The position numbers were made by a program, and so were the translations under genes. A model generated the notes under the pieces. The model saw only the letters and a program-made list of their open reading frames with translations. It searched no databases and had not been told where the DNA came from. DNA of 64,000 nucleotides from the human T2T-CHM13v2.0 reference genome, Homo sapiens: the NCBI RefSeq assembly GCF_009914755.1, contig NC_060945.1. One strand, 5' to 3'. Shown here in pieces: positions 11,801 through 26,599 of the stretch (position 1 is the stretch's first letter; each line of letters starts with the position of its first letter).

Positions 11801-14800
11801 TGGAACGGAATGGAATCCAATGGAATCAGCTGGAATGGAATAGCATAGAATGGAATGGAATGGAATGGAATCCATCCGGGTGGAAAGGAATGGAATGTAT
11901 GGAGTGGAATGGAATGGAATGGAGTGGAATGGAATGGAATGGAATGCAGTGGAAATTAATGGAATGGAATGAACCCGAATGGAATGGAACAGAATGGAAT
12001 GGCATGGAATGGAATGGAATGGAATGGAATGGAATGGAATGGAATCAACCAGAATGGGATGGAATGGAATGGAATAGAATGGAATGGAATGGAATGGAAT
12101 CAACCCTAATGGGATGGAATGGAATGGAATGGAATGGAACGCAATTGAATGCAATGGAATGCTATGGAATCAACCAGAGTGTAAGGGAAATGCATGGAAT
12201 GGAATGGAATGGAATGGAATCAACCCAAGTGAAATGGAATGGAATGGAGTGCAACGGAATCAACCCGAGTGGAATCGAATGGAAAGGAATGGAATGAAAT
12301 GGAATGGAAAGGAATGGAATGGAATCAACCCGAATGGAATGTAAAGGAATAGAAAGGTATGAATGGAATGGAATGGAATGGAATGGAATGGAATGGAATG
12401 GAATGGAATGGAATAGTATGGAATCAACCCGAGTGGAATGGATTGGACTGGAATGGAATAGAATGGAATGGAATGGAATGGAACGGAATGGAATGGACTG
12501 GAATGGAATGGAATGAACCCGAAAGGAACGGAATGGAAAGGAATGCAATGGAATAAAATGGAATGGAATCAACCCGCATGGAATGTAACGGAATTGAATG
12601 GAAAGGAATGGAATGGAATGGAATGGAATGGAATGGAATGGAATGGAATGGAATGGAACGGAATGGAATGGAATCATCCCGAGTGGAATGGAATGGTATG
12701 GATTGCAATGGACTGGAATGGAACAGAATGGAAAGGAATGGAATGGAATAGATTGAATCCGAGAGGAATTGACTGGAGTGGAATGGATTGTAATGGAATG
12801 CAAGGGATTCAACCCAGTTGAATGTCATAGATTGGAAAGGAGAGGAATGGAATGGAATGGAAATTAGTGGAATGGAATGGAATGAAACCAACACGAATGG
12901 AATGGAACGGAATGGAATGAAATGGAATGGAATGGAATGGAATGGAAACAAATCGAATGGAATGGAACGGAACGGAATGGAATGGAATGCTGTGGAATGG
13001 AAAGAATTGGAATGAAATAAGCACGAATAGAACGGAACGGAATGGAATGGAAAGGAATGGAATGGAATGGAATGGAAACAACACGAATAGAATGGAACGG
13101 AATGGAATGGAATGCTGTGGAAAGGAATGGAATGGAATGAAATAAACACGAATAGAATGGAACGGAATGGAATGGAATGGAATGGAATGGAATGGAATGG
13201 AGTGAAGTGGAAAGGAATGGCATGGATTTAACCCGAGTGGAATTGAATGGAATGGAAAGGAATCAATCCGAGTGGAATGAAATGGAATGGAATGCAATGG
13301 AATGGAGCGGAATCAACCTGAGTGGAATGGGATGGAATGGAATGGAATGCAATGGAATGGAATGGAATGGAATGGAATGGAATCAACCAGAATGGAATGG
13401 AACGGAATGCAATGGAAAGGAATGGAATGGAATGGAATTGAATGGAATGGACTGGAATGGAATGAAATGGAATAATCCCGAGTGGAACGGAATGGTATAG
13501 AATGCAATGGAATGGAATGGAAGAGAATGGAAAGGAATGGAATGGAATAGATTGAATCCGAGAGGAATTGACTGGAGTGGAATGGATTGGAACGGAATGC
13601 AAGGGATTCCACTGAGTTGAATGTCATGGATTGGAAAGGAGTGGAATGGAATGGAATGGAAAAGACTGGAATGGAATGGAATGGAATCAACACGAATGGA
13701 ATGGAACGGAACGGAATGGAATGGAATGGAATGCAACGGAATGGAATGGAATGGAGTGAAATGGAAAGGAAGGGATTGGAATTAACCCGAGTGGAATTGA
13801 ATGGAATGGAAAGGAATCAACTCGAGTGGAATGAAATGGAATGTAATGCAATGGAATGGAGCAGAATCAACCTGAGTCGAATGCAATGGAATGGAATGGA
13901 AAGGAGTGGAATGGAATGGAATGGAATGGAATGGAATGGAATGGAACGGAATGGAATCCAATGGAATCAGCTGGAATGGAATAGCATAGAATGGAATGGA
14001 ATGGAATGGAATCAATCCGGGTGGAAAGGAAGGGAATGTATGGAGTGGAATGGAATGGAATGGAGTGGAATGGAATGGAATGGAATGCAGTGGAATTTAA
14101 TGGAATGGAATCAACCCGAAAGGAATGGAACACAATGGAATGGAATGGAATGGAATGGAATGGAATGGAATGAACCCGAATAGGATGGAATGGAATGGAA
14201 TGGAATGGAATGGAATGGAATGGAATCAAACCGAATGGGATGGAATGGAATGAAATGTAATGGAATGCAATGGAATGCTATGGAATCAAACCGAGTGTAA
14301 GGGAAATGCATGGAATGGAATGGAATGGAATGGAATCAACCCAAATGCAATGGAATGGAATGGAATGCAACGGAATCACCCCGAGTGGAATGGAATGGAA
14401 AGGAATGGAATGAAATGGAATGGAAAGGAATGGAATGGGATCAACCCGAATGGAATGTAATGGAATGGAAAGATATGAATGGAATGGAAGGGAATGGAAT
14501 GGTATGGAATCAACCTGAGTGGAATGCATTGGACTGGAATGGAATAGAATGGAATGGAATGGAATGCAATGGAATGGAAGGAAATGGAATGGAACGGAAT
14601 GGAATGGAATTGAATGGGATGGAATGAACCCGAAAGGAACGGAATGGAATGGAAAGGAATCAATCCGAGTGGAATGAAATGGAATGTAATGCAATAGAAT
14701 GGAGCGGAATCAACCTGAGTCGAATGCAATGGAATGAAATGGAAAGGAGTGGAATGGAATGGAATGGAATGGAATGGAATGGAATGGAACCGAATGGACT

Positions 14801-17800
14801 CCAATGGAATCAACTGGAATGGAATAGCATAGAATGGAATGGAATGTAATGGAATCAATCCGGGTGGAAAGTAATGGAATATATGTAGTGGAATGGAATG
14901 GAATGGAGTGGAATGGAATGGAATGGAATGCAGTGGAATTTAATGGAATGGAATCAACCCGAATGGAACGGAATGGAATGGAATGGAATGGAATGGAATG
15001 GAATGGAATGGAATGGAATCAACCAGAATGGGATGGAATGGAATGGAATGGAATGGAATGCAATGGAATGCTATGGAATCAACCCGAGTGTAAGGGAAAT
15101 GCATGCAACGGAATGGAATGGAATGGAATGGAATGGAATGGAGTGAAATGGAAAGGAACGGAATGGAATTAACCCGAGTGGAATTGAATGGAATGGAAGG
15201 GAATCAACCCGAGTGGAATGAAATGGAATGTAATGCAATGGAATGGAGCGGAATCAACCTGAGTGGAATGGAATAGAATGGAAGGGAATGGAATGCAATG
15301 GAACGGAATGGAATGGAATGGAATGGAATCATCCCGAGTGGAATGGAATGGTATGGAATGCAATGGAATGGAATGGAACAGAACGGAAAGGAATGGAATG
15401 GAATAGATTGAATCCGAGAGGAATTCACTGGAGTGGAATGGATTAGAATGGAATGCAAGGGATTCAACCCAGTTGAATGTCATGGATTGGAAAGCAGTGG
15501 AATGGAATGGAATGGAAAGGAGTGGAATGGAATGGAATGGAATCAACACGAATGGAATGGAACGGAATGGAATGGAACGGAATGGAATGGAATGGAATGG
15601 AATGGAAACAACACGAATGGAATGGAATGGAACGGCAGGGAATGGAATGCTGTGGAATGGAAAGAATTGGAATAAAATAAACACGAATAGAATGGAACCG
15701 AATGGAATGGAAAGGAATGGAATGGAATGGCATGGAATGGAATGGAATGGAATGGAATGGAATGGAAACAACACGAATAGAATGGAACGGAATGGAATGG
15801 AATGCTGTGGAATGGAATGGAATGGAATGAAATAAACACGAATAGAATGGAACGGAATGGAATGGAATGGAATGGAATGGAATGGAGTGAAATGGAAAGG
15901 AACGGATTGGAATTAACCCGAGTGGAATTGAATGGAATGGAATGGAATGGAATGGAATGGAATGGAATGGAATGCAATGGAATGGAATGGAATGGAATGG
16001 AATGCAATGGAATGGAATGGAATGGAATCAACGCGAATGGAATGGAACGGAATGGAATGGAAAGGAATGGAAAGGAATGGAATGGAATGGAATGGAACGG
16101 AATGGACTGGAATGGAATGGAATCATCCCGAGTGGAATGGAATGGAATGGGATGGAACAGAACGGAAAGGAATGGAATGGAATAGATTGAATCCGAGAGG
16201 AATTGACTGCAGTGGAATGGATTGGAATGGAATGCAAGGGATTCAACCCAGTTGAATATCATGGATTGGAAAGGAGTAGAATGGAATGGAATGGGAAGGA
16301 GTGGAATGGAATGGAATGGAATCAACACGAATGGAATGGAACGGAATGGAATGAAATGGAATGGAATGGAATGGTATGGAAACAACACGAATGGAATGGA
16401 ACGGAACGGAATGGAATGGAATGGTATGGAAACAACACGAATGGAATGGAACGGAACGGAATGGAATGGAATGCTGTGGAATGGAATGGAATGGAATGAA
16501 ATAAACACGAATAGAATGCCTCGGAATGGAATGGAAAGGAATGGAGTGGAAAGGAATGGAACGGAATGAAATGGAGAGGTACGGAATGGTATTAACCCGA
16601 GTGGAATGGAATGGAATGGAAAGGAATCAACCCCAGTAGAACGAAATGGAATGTAATGCAATGGAATGGAGCAGAATCAACCTGAGTCGAATGCAATGGA
16701 ATGGAATGGAAAGGAGTGGAATGGAATGGAATGGAATGGAATGGAACGGAATGGAATCCAATGGAATCAGCTGGAATGGAATAGCATAGAATGGAATGGA
16801 ATGGAATGCAATCAATCCGGGTGGATAGGAATGGAATGTATGGATTGGAATGGAATGGAATGGAGTGGAATGGAATGGAATGGAATGGAATACAATGGAA
16901 TGGAATGGAATGGAATGGAATGGAATGGAATGGAAAGGAATAGAATGGAAAGGAATCAACCCGAATGGGATGGAATGGAATGGGATGGAATGGAATGGAA
17001 TGGAATGGAATGCAATGGAATGCTATGGAATCAACCCGAGGGTAAGGGAAATGAATGGAATGGAATGGAATGGAATGGAATAAACCCAAGTGCAATGGAA
17101 TGGAATCAACCCAAGTGCAATGGAATGGAATGGAATGCAACGGAATCAACCCGAGTGGAAAGGAATGGAAAGGAATGGAATGAAATGGAATGGAAAGGAA
17201 TGGAATGGAATCAACCCGAATGGAATGTGATGGAAGGGAAAGGTATAAATGGAATGGAATGGAATAGAATGGAATGGAATGGAATGGTATGGTATGGAAT
17301 CAACGCGAGTGGAATGGAATGGACTGGAATGGAATAGAATGGAATGGAATGGAATGGAATCAACACGAATGGAATGGAACGGAATGGAATGAAATGGAAT
17401 GGAATGGAATGGAATGGAATGAAATGGAAATGAACGGAATGGAATTAACACGAGTGGAACGGAATGGAATGGAAAGGAATCAACCCGAGTGGAATGAAAT
17501 GGAATGTAATGCAATGGAATGGAGCAGAATCAACCTGAGTCGAATGCAATGGAATGGAATGGAAAGGAGTGGAATGGAATGGAATGGAATGGAATGGAAT
17601 GGAACGGAAAGGAATCCAATGGAATCAGCTGGAATGGAATAGCATAGAATGGAATGGAATGGAATGGAATCAATCCAGGTGGAAAGGAATGAAATGTATG
17701 GACTGGAATGGAATGGAATGGAGTGGAATGGAATCGAAAGGAATGCAGTGGAATGTAATGGAATGGAATCAACCCGAATGGAATGGAACAGAATGGAATG

Positions 17801-20780
17801 GAATGGAATGGAATGGAATGGAATGGAATGGAATGGAATGGAATCAACCCGAATGGGATGGAATGGAATGGAATGGAATGGAATGCAATGGAATGCTATG
17901 GAATCAACCCGAGTTTAAGGGAAATGCATGGAATGGAATGGAATGGAATGGAATGGAATGGAATGGAATGGAATCAACCCAAGTGCAATGGAAAGGAATG
18001 GAATGCAACGGAATCAACCCGAGTGGAAGGGAATGGAAAGGAATGGAATGAAATGGAATGGAAAGGAATGGAATGGGATCAACCCGAATGGAATGTAATG
18101 GAATGGAAAGGTATGAATGGAATGGAATGGAATGGAATGCTATGGAATCAACCCGAGTGGAATGGATTAGACTGGAATGGAATAGAATGGAATGGAATGG
18201 AATGGAATGCAATGGAATGGAAGGGAATGGAATGGAACGGAATGGAATGGAATTGAATGGGATGGAATGAACCCGAAAGGAACGGAATGGAATGGAAAGG
18301 AATCAATCCGAGTGGAATGAAATGGAATGTAATGCAATGGAATGGAGCGGAATCAACCTGAGTCGAATGCAATGGAATGAAATGGAAAGGAGTGGAATGG
18401 AATGGAATGGAATGGAATGGAATGGAACCGAATGGAATCCAATGGAATCAACTGGAATGGAATAGCATAGAATGGAATGGAATGTAATGGAATCAATCCG
18501 GGTGGAAAGTAATGGAATATATGTAGTGGAATGGAATGGAATGGAGTGGAATGGAATGGAATGGAATGCAGTGGAATTTAATGGAATGGAATCAACCCGA
18601 ATGGAACGGAATGGAATTGAATGGAATGGAATGGAATGGAATGGAATGGAATCAACCAGAATGGGATGGAATGGAATGGAATGGAATGGAATGCAATAGA
18701 ATGCTATGGAATCAACCCGAGTGTAAGGGAAATGCATGCAACGGAATGGAATGGAATGGAATGGAATGGAATGGAATGGAGTGAAATGGAAAGGAACGGA
18801 ATGGAATTAACCCGAGTGGAATTGAATGGAATGGAAGGGAATCAACCCGAGTGGAATGAAATGGAATGTAATGCAATGGAATGGAGCGGAATCAACCTGA
18901 GTGGAATGGAATAGAATGGAAGGGAATGGAATGCAATGGAACGGAATGGAATGGAATGGAATGGAATCATCCCGAGTGGAATGGAATGGTATGGAATGCA
19001 ATGGAATGCAATGGAACAGAACGGAAAGGAATGGAATGGAATAGATTGAATCCGAGAGGAATTCACTGGAGTGGAATGGATTGGAATGGAATGCAAGGGA
19101 TTCAACCCAGTTGAATGTCATGGATTGGAAAGGAGTGGAATGGAATGGAATGGAAAGGAGTGGAATGGAATGGAATGGAATCAACACGAATGGAATGGAA
19201 CGGAATGGAATGGAACGGAATGGAATGGAATGGAATGGAATGGAATGGAATGGAATGGAAACAACACGAATGGAATGGAACGGAACGGCAGGGAATGGAA
19301 TGCTGTGGAATGGAAAGAATTGGAATAAAATAAACACGAATAGAATGGAACCGAATGGAATGGAAAGGAATGGAATGGAATGGCATGGAATGGAATGGAA
19401 TGGAATGGAATGGAAACAACACGAATAGAATGGAACGGAATGGAATGGAATGCTGTGGAATGGAATGGAATGGAATGAAATAAACACGAATAGAATGGAA
19501 CGGAATGGAATGGAATGGAATGGAATGGAATGGAATGGAATGGAATGGAGTGAAATGGAAAGGAACGGATTGGAATTAACCCGAGTGGAATTGAATGGAA
19601 TGGAATGGAATGGAATGGAATGCAATGGAATGGAATGGAATGGAATGGAATGGAATGGAATGGAATGGAATGGAATGCAATGGAATGGAATGGAATGGAA
19701 TCAACGCGAATGGAATGGAACGGAATGGAATGGAAAGGAATGGAAAGGAATGGAATGGAATGGAATGGAACGGAATGGACTGGAATGGAATGGAATCATC
19801 CCGAGTGGAATGGAATGGAATGGGATGGAACAGAACGGAAACGAATGGAATGGAATAGATTGAATCCGAGAGGAATTGACTGCAGTGGAATGGATTGGAA
19901 TGGAATGCAAGGGATTCAACCCAGTTGAATATCATGGATTGGAAAGGAGTGGAATGGAATGGAATGGGAAGGAGTGGAATGGAATGGAATGGAATCAACA
20001 CGAATGGAATGGAACGGAATGGGATGAAATGGAATGGAATGGAATGGTATGGAAACAACACGAATGGAATGGAACGGAACGGAATGGAATGGAATGCTGT
20101 GGAATGGAATGGAATGGAATGAAATAAACACGAATAGAATGCCTCGGAATGGAATGGAAAGGAATGGAGTGGAAGGGAATGGAACGGAATGAAATGGAGA
20201 GGTACTGAATGGAACTAACCCGAGTGGAATGGAATGGAATGGAAAGGAATCAACCCGAGTAGAATGAAATGGAATGTAATGCAAAGGAATGGAGCAGAAT
20301 CAACCTGAGTCGAGTGCAATGGAATGGAATGGAAAGGAGTGGAATGGAATGGAATGGAATGGAATGGAATGGAACAGAATGGAATCCAATGGAATCAGCT
20401 GGAATGGAATAGCATAGAATGGAATGGAATGGAATGCAATCAATCCGGGTGGATAGGAATGGAATGTATGGATTGGAATGGAATGGAATGGAGTGGAATG
20501 GAATGGAATGGAATGCAGTGGAAATTAATGGAATGGAATCAACCCGAATGGAATGGAACAGAATGGAATGGAATGGAATGGAATGGAATGGAATGGAATG
20601 GAATACAATGGAATGGAATGGAATGGAATGGAATGGAATGGAATAGAATGGAATGGAATCAACCCGAATGGGATGGAATGGAATGGGATGGAATGGAATG
20701 GAATGGAATGGAATGCAATGGAATGCTATGGAATCAACCCGAGGGTAAGGGAAATGAATGGAATGGAATGGAATGGAATG

Positions 20781-21000
20781 GAATAAACCCAAGTGCAATG
20801 GAATGGAATCCACCCAAGTGCAATGGAATGGAATGGAATGCAACGGAATCAACCCGAGTGGAAAGGAATGGAAAGGAATGGAATGGAATGGAATAAACCC
20901 AAGTGCAATGGAATGGAATCCACCCAAGTGCAATGGAATGGAATGGAATGCAACGGAATCAACCCGAGTGGAAAGGAATGGAAAGGAATGGAATGAAATG
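20781..21000 (+). repeat. Local 110-bp tandem duplication private to copy 2 of the 3.6-kb unit
   Basis: GAATAAACCCAAGTGCAATGGAATGGAATCCACCCAAGTG occurs at 20781 and 20891. The equivalent segment is single in copy 1 (~17078). Confidence 0.88.
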
Positions 21001-23849
21001 GAATGGAAAGGAATGGAATGGAATCAACCCGAATGGAATGTGATGGAATGGAAAGGTATAAATGGAATGGAATGGAATAGAATGGAATGGAATGGAATGG
21101 TATGGTATGGAATCAACGCGAGTGGAATGGAATGGACTGGAATGGAATAGAATGGAATGGAATGGAATGGAATCAACACGAATGGAATGGAACGGAATGG
21201 AATGAAATGGAATGGAATGGAATGGAATGGAATGGAATGAAATGGAAATGAATGGAATGGAATTTACACGAGTGGAACGGAATGGAATGGAAAGGAATCA
21301 ACCCGAGTGGAATGAAATGGAATGTAATGCAATGGAATGGAGGAGAATCAACCTGAGTCGAATGCAATGGAATGGAATGGAAAGGAGTGGAATGGAATGG
21401 AATGGAATGGAATGGAATGGAACGGAAAGGAATCCAATGGAATCAGCTGGAATGGAATAGCATAGAATGGAATGGAATGGAATGGAATCAATCCAGGTGG
21501 AAAGGAATGAAATGTATGGAGTGGAATGGAATGGAATGGAGTGGAATGGAATCGAATGGAATGCAGTGGAATGTAATGGAATGGAATCAAGCCGAATGGA
21601 ATGGAACAGAATGGAATGGAATGGAATGGAATGGAATGGAATGGAATGGAATGGAATCAACCCGAATGGGATGGAATGGAATGGAATGGAATGGAATGCA
21701 ATGGAATGCTATGGAATCAACCCGAGTTTAAGGGAAATGCATGGAATGGAATGGAATGGAATGGAATGGAATGAAATGGAATCAACCCAAGTGCAAGGGA
21801 AAGGAATGGAATGCAACGGAATCAACCCGAGTGGAATGGAATGGAAAGGAATGGAATCAAATGGAATGGAAAGGAATGGAATGGGATCAACCCGAATGGA
21901 ATGTAATGGAATGGAAAGGTATGAATGGAATGGAATGGAATGGAATGGTATGGAATCAACCCGAGTGGAATGGATTGGACTGGAATGGAATAGAATGGAA
22001 TGGAATGGAATGGAATGCAATGGAATGGAAGGGAATGGAATGGAACGGAATGGAATGGAATTGAATGGGGTGGAATGAACCCGAAAGGAACGGAATGGAA
22101 TGGAAAGGAATCAATCCGAGTGGAATGAAATGGAATGTAATGCAATGGAATGGAGCAGAATCAACCTGAGTCGAATGCAATGGAATGAAATGGAAAGGAG
22201 TGGAATGGAATGGAATGGAATGGAATGGAATGGAATGGAACCGAATGGAATCCAATGGAATCAACTGGAATGGAATAGCATAGAATGGAATGGAATGTAA
22301 TGGAATCAATCCGGGTGGAAAGGAATGGAATATATGTAGTGGAATGGAATGGAATGGAGTGGAATGGAATGGAATGGAATGCAGTGGAATTTAATGGAAT
22401 GGAATCAACCCAAATGGAACGGAATGGAATGGAATGGAATGCAATGGAATGGAATGGAATGGAATCAACCAGAATGGGATGGAATGGAATGGAATGGAAT
22501 GGAATGCAATAGAATGCTATGGAATCAACCCGAGTGTAAGGGAAATGCATGCAACGGAATGGAATGGAATGGAATGGAATGGAATGGAGTGAAATGGAAA
22601 GGAACGGAATGGAATTAACCCGAGTGGAATTGAATGGAATGGAAGGGAATCAACCCGAGTGGAATGAAATGGAATGTAATGCAATGGAATGGAGCGGAAT
22701 CAACCTGAGTGTAATGGAATAGAATGGAAGGGAATGGAATGCAATGGAACGGAATGGAATGGAATGGAATGGAATGGAATCATCCCGAGTGGAACGGAAT
22801 GGTATGGAATGCAATGGAATGGAATGGAACAGAACGGAAAGGAATGGAATGGAATAGATTGAATCCGAGAGGAATTCACTGGAGTGGAATGGATTGGAAT
22901 GGAATGCAAGGGATTCAACCCAGTTGAATGTTATGGATTGGAAAGGAGTGGAATGGAATGGAATGGAAAGGAGTGGAATGGAATGGAATGGAATCAACAC
23001 GAATGAAATGGAACGGAATGGAATGGAACGGAATGGAATGGAATGGAATGGAATGGAATGGAATGGAATGGAAACAACACGAATGGAATGGAACGGAACG
23101 GCAGGGAATGGAATGCTGTGGAATGGAAAGAATTGGAATAAAATAAACACGAATAGAATGGAACCGAATGGAATGGAAAGGAATGGAATGGAATGGCATG
23201 GAATGGAATGGAATGGAATGGAATGGAATGGAATGGAATGGAAACAACACGAAGAGAATGGAACGGAATGGAATGGAATGCTGTGGAATGGAATGGAATG
23301 GAATGAAATAAACACGAATAGAATGGAACGGAATGGAATGGAATGGAATGGAATGGAATGGAGTGAAATGGAAAGGAACGGATTGGAATTAACCCGAGTG
23401 GAATGGAATGGAATGGAATGGAATGGAATGGAATGGAATGCAATGGAATGGAATGGAATGGAATGGAATGCAATGGAATGGAATGGAATGGAATCAACGC
23501 GAATGGAATGGAACGGAATGGAATGGAAAGGAATGGAAAGGAATGGAATGGAATGGAATGGAATGGAATGGAAAGGAATGCACTGGAATGGAATGGAATC
23601 ATCCCGAGTGGAATGGAATGGAATGGGATGGAACAGAACGGAAAGGAATGGAATGGAATAGATTGAATCCGAGAGGAATTGACTGCAGTGGAATGGATTG
23701 GAATGGAATGCAAGGGATTCAACCCAGTTGAATATCATGGATTGGAAAGGAGTGGAATGGAATGGAATGGGAAGGAGTGGAATGGAATGGAATGGAATCA
23801 ACACGAATGGAATGGAACGGAATGGAATGAAATGGAATGGAATGGAATG

Positions 23850-25050
23850 GTATGGAAACAACACGAATGGAATGGAACGGAACGGAATGGAGTGGAATGG
23901 TATGGAAACAACACGAATGGAATGGAACGGAACGGAATGGAATGGAATGCTGTGGAATGGAATGGAATGGAATGAAATAAACACGAATAGAATGCCTCGG
24001 AATGGAATGGAAAGGAATGGAGTGGAAAGGAATGGAACGGAATGAAATGGAGAGGTACGGAATGGTATTAACCCGAGTGGAATGGAATGGAATGGAAAGG
24101 AATCAACCCGAGTAGAATGAAATGGAATGTAATGCAATGGAATGGAGCAGAATCAACCTGAGTCGAATGCAATGGAATGGAATGGAAAGGAGTGGAATGG
24201 AATGGAATGGAATGGAATGGAATGGAAAAGAATGGAATCCAATGGAATCAGCTGGAATGGAATAGCATAGAATGGAATGGAATGGAATGCAATCAATCCG
24301 GGTGGATAGGAATGGAATGTATGGATTGGAATGGAATGGAATGGAGTGGAATGGAATGGAATGGAATGCAGTGGAAATTAATGGAATGGAATCAACCCGA
24401 ATGGAATGGAACAGAATGGAATGGAATGGAATGGAATGGAATGGAATGGAATGGTATGGAAACAACACGAATGGAATGGAACGGAACGGAATGGAATGGA
24501 ATGGTATGGAAACAACACGAATGGAATGGAACGGAACGGAATGGAATGGAATGCTGTGGAATGGAATGGAATGGAATGAAATAAACACGAATAGAATGCC
24601 TCGGAATGGAATGGAAAGGAATGGAGTGGAAAGGAATGGAACGGAATGAAATGCAGAGGTACGGAATGGTATTAACCCGAGTGGAGTGGAATGGAATGGA
24701 AAGGAATCAACCCGAGTAGAATGAAATGGAATGTAATGCAATGGAATGGAGCAGAATCAACCTGAGTCGAATGCAATGGAATGGAATGGAAAGGAGTGGA
24801 ATGGAATGGAATGGAACGGAATGGAACGGAATGGAATCCAATGGAATCAGCTGGAATGGAATAGCATAGAATGGAATGGAATGGAATGCAATCAATCCGG
24901 GTGGATAGGAATGGAATGTATGGATTGGAATGGAATGGAATGGAGTGGAATGGAACGGAATGGAATGCAGTGGAAATTAATGGAATGGAATCAACCCGAA
25001 TGGAATGGAACAGAATGGAATGGAATGGAATGGAATGGAATGGAATGGAA
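23850..25050 (+). repeat. Local ~600-bp tandem duplication at the end of the 3.6-kb array
   Basis: TGCCTCGG is at 23993/24597 and GTGGATAGGA at 24302/24901. GAGGTACGG, CCCGAGTAGAA and CAGCTGG are each doubled at a ~600-bp step. Confidence 0.9.
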
Positions 25051-26599
25051 TACAATGGAATGGAATGGAATGGAATGGAATGGAATGGAATGGAAAGGAA
25101 TAGAATGGAATGGAATCAACCCGAATGGAATGGAATGGAATGGAATGGAATGGAATGGCATGGAATCAACCCGAGTGGAATGGAATGGAAAGGAATTCAA
25201 TGGAATGGAAAGGAATGCAATGGTATGGAATCAACCAGAGTGGAATATTATCGAATACAATGGAATGGAACGGAATGGAATGGAATAAAATGTAATGGAA
25301 TGGAATGGAATCAACCGGAGTGCAATGAAATGGAATGGAATAAAATGGAATGGAAAGGAATTAAATGGAAAGGAACGGAATGGAATCAACACGAGTGGAA
25401 TGGAATGGAATGGAATGGAATCAATCCGAGTGGAATGGAAAGTAATGGAATGCAAAGGAATGAAACGGAATATAATGGAATGGAATGGAAACATCCCGAG
25501 TGGAATGGAATGGTATGGAATGCAATGGAACGGAATGGAACGGAACGGAATGGAATGGAACGGAATAGATTGAATCAGAGAGGAATTGAATGGAGAGGAA
25601 TGGAATGGAATGGAATGCAATGGATTCAACTCTAGTTGAATATCATGGATTGGAAAGGAATGGAATGGAATGGAATGGAGTGGAGTGGAATAGAATCAAC
25701 TCGAGTGCAATGGAATGTAATGGAATGGAGTGGAATGGAATGGAATGCAATGAAATGGAAAGGAATGCTATGGAATCAACCCGAGTGTAATGGAAATGAA
25801 TGGAATGGAATGGAATAGAAAGGAATGAATGGAAAGGAATGGAATGGAATGGAATGGAATGGAATGGTATGGAATCAACCCGAGTGGAATGGAATGGACT
25901 GGAATGGAATAGAATGGAATGGAATGGAATGGAATGCAACAGAATCAACCCGAGTAGAATGGAATGGAAAGAAATGGAATGAAATGGAATGGAAAGGAAT
26001 GGAATGGAATCAACACGAATGAATGGAATGGAATGGAAAGGAATGAATGAAATGGAATGGAATGGAATGGAATGGTAGGGAATCAACACGAGTGGAATGG
26101 AATGGAATGGAATGGAATGGAATGCTATGCAATCAACAAGAGTGTAATGGAAATGAATGGAATGGAATGGAATGGAATAGAATGGAATAAACCAGAAAGG
26201 AATGGAATGGAATGGATTGGAATGGAATGGAACGGATTGGAATGCTATGCAATCAACAGGAGTGTAATGGAAATGAATGGAATGGAATGGAATGGAATGG
26301 AATAAACCCAAGTGCAATGGAATGGAATAGAATGCAATGGAATAAAAAAAAAGTGGAATGGAATAGAAAGGCATGCAATGGAATGGAATGGAAAGCAAAG
26401 GAATGGAATCAACCCGACTGGAATGGAATGGAATGGAAAGGAATGAAGGGAATGGAATGGAATGGAAAGGTATGGAATCAACTCGAGTGGAATGGAATGG
26501 AATGGAATGGAATGGAATGGAATGGAATGGAATGGAAAGTTATGGAATCAACTCGAGTGGAATGGAATGGAATGGAGTGGAATGGAATGGAATGGAATG

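Larger units (their letters stand above)
1..13800 (+). repeat. Irregular HSat3 mosaic domain (shuffled modules, no long regular period seen)
   Basis: The same modules as elsewhere (ATAGCATAG, TAGATTGAATC, AAACAACACGA, AAATAAACACGA) occur at irregular spacing, with many private variants, especially at 5.75-7.07 kb. Confidence 0.6.
13800..25050 (+). repeat. Higher-order repeat: 3 tandem copies of a ~3.64-3.81-kb unit (approx. 13.8-17.45, 17.45-21.27, 21.27-25.05 kb)
   Basis: Marker k-mers are co-periodic. ATATGTAGTG is at 14881/18519/22332 and GAATTCACTGG at 15421/19059/22872 (steps 3638 and 3813). GCATGCAACGG is at ~15101/18734/22547, ACGGCAGGG at ~15632/19285/23098 and TGCCTCGG at 16517/20140/23993. 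Confidence 0.9.

Noticed and set aside
13800-25050. Assignment to Y-chromosome DYZ1 because of the ~3.6-kb EcoRI period
   Set aside because: There are only three copies in a mosaic context, with long pure GGAAT runs and frequent CAACCCGAGT. A size match alone is insufficient and alignment is needed.
26344-26352. A-tract as a retrotransposon tail or polyadenylation site (AATAAA overlaps it)
   Set aside because: There is no Alu/L1 body or target-site duplication, and the tract replaces a decamer in place. AATAAA also arises in many GAAATAAAC/GGAATAAA pentamer variants.
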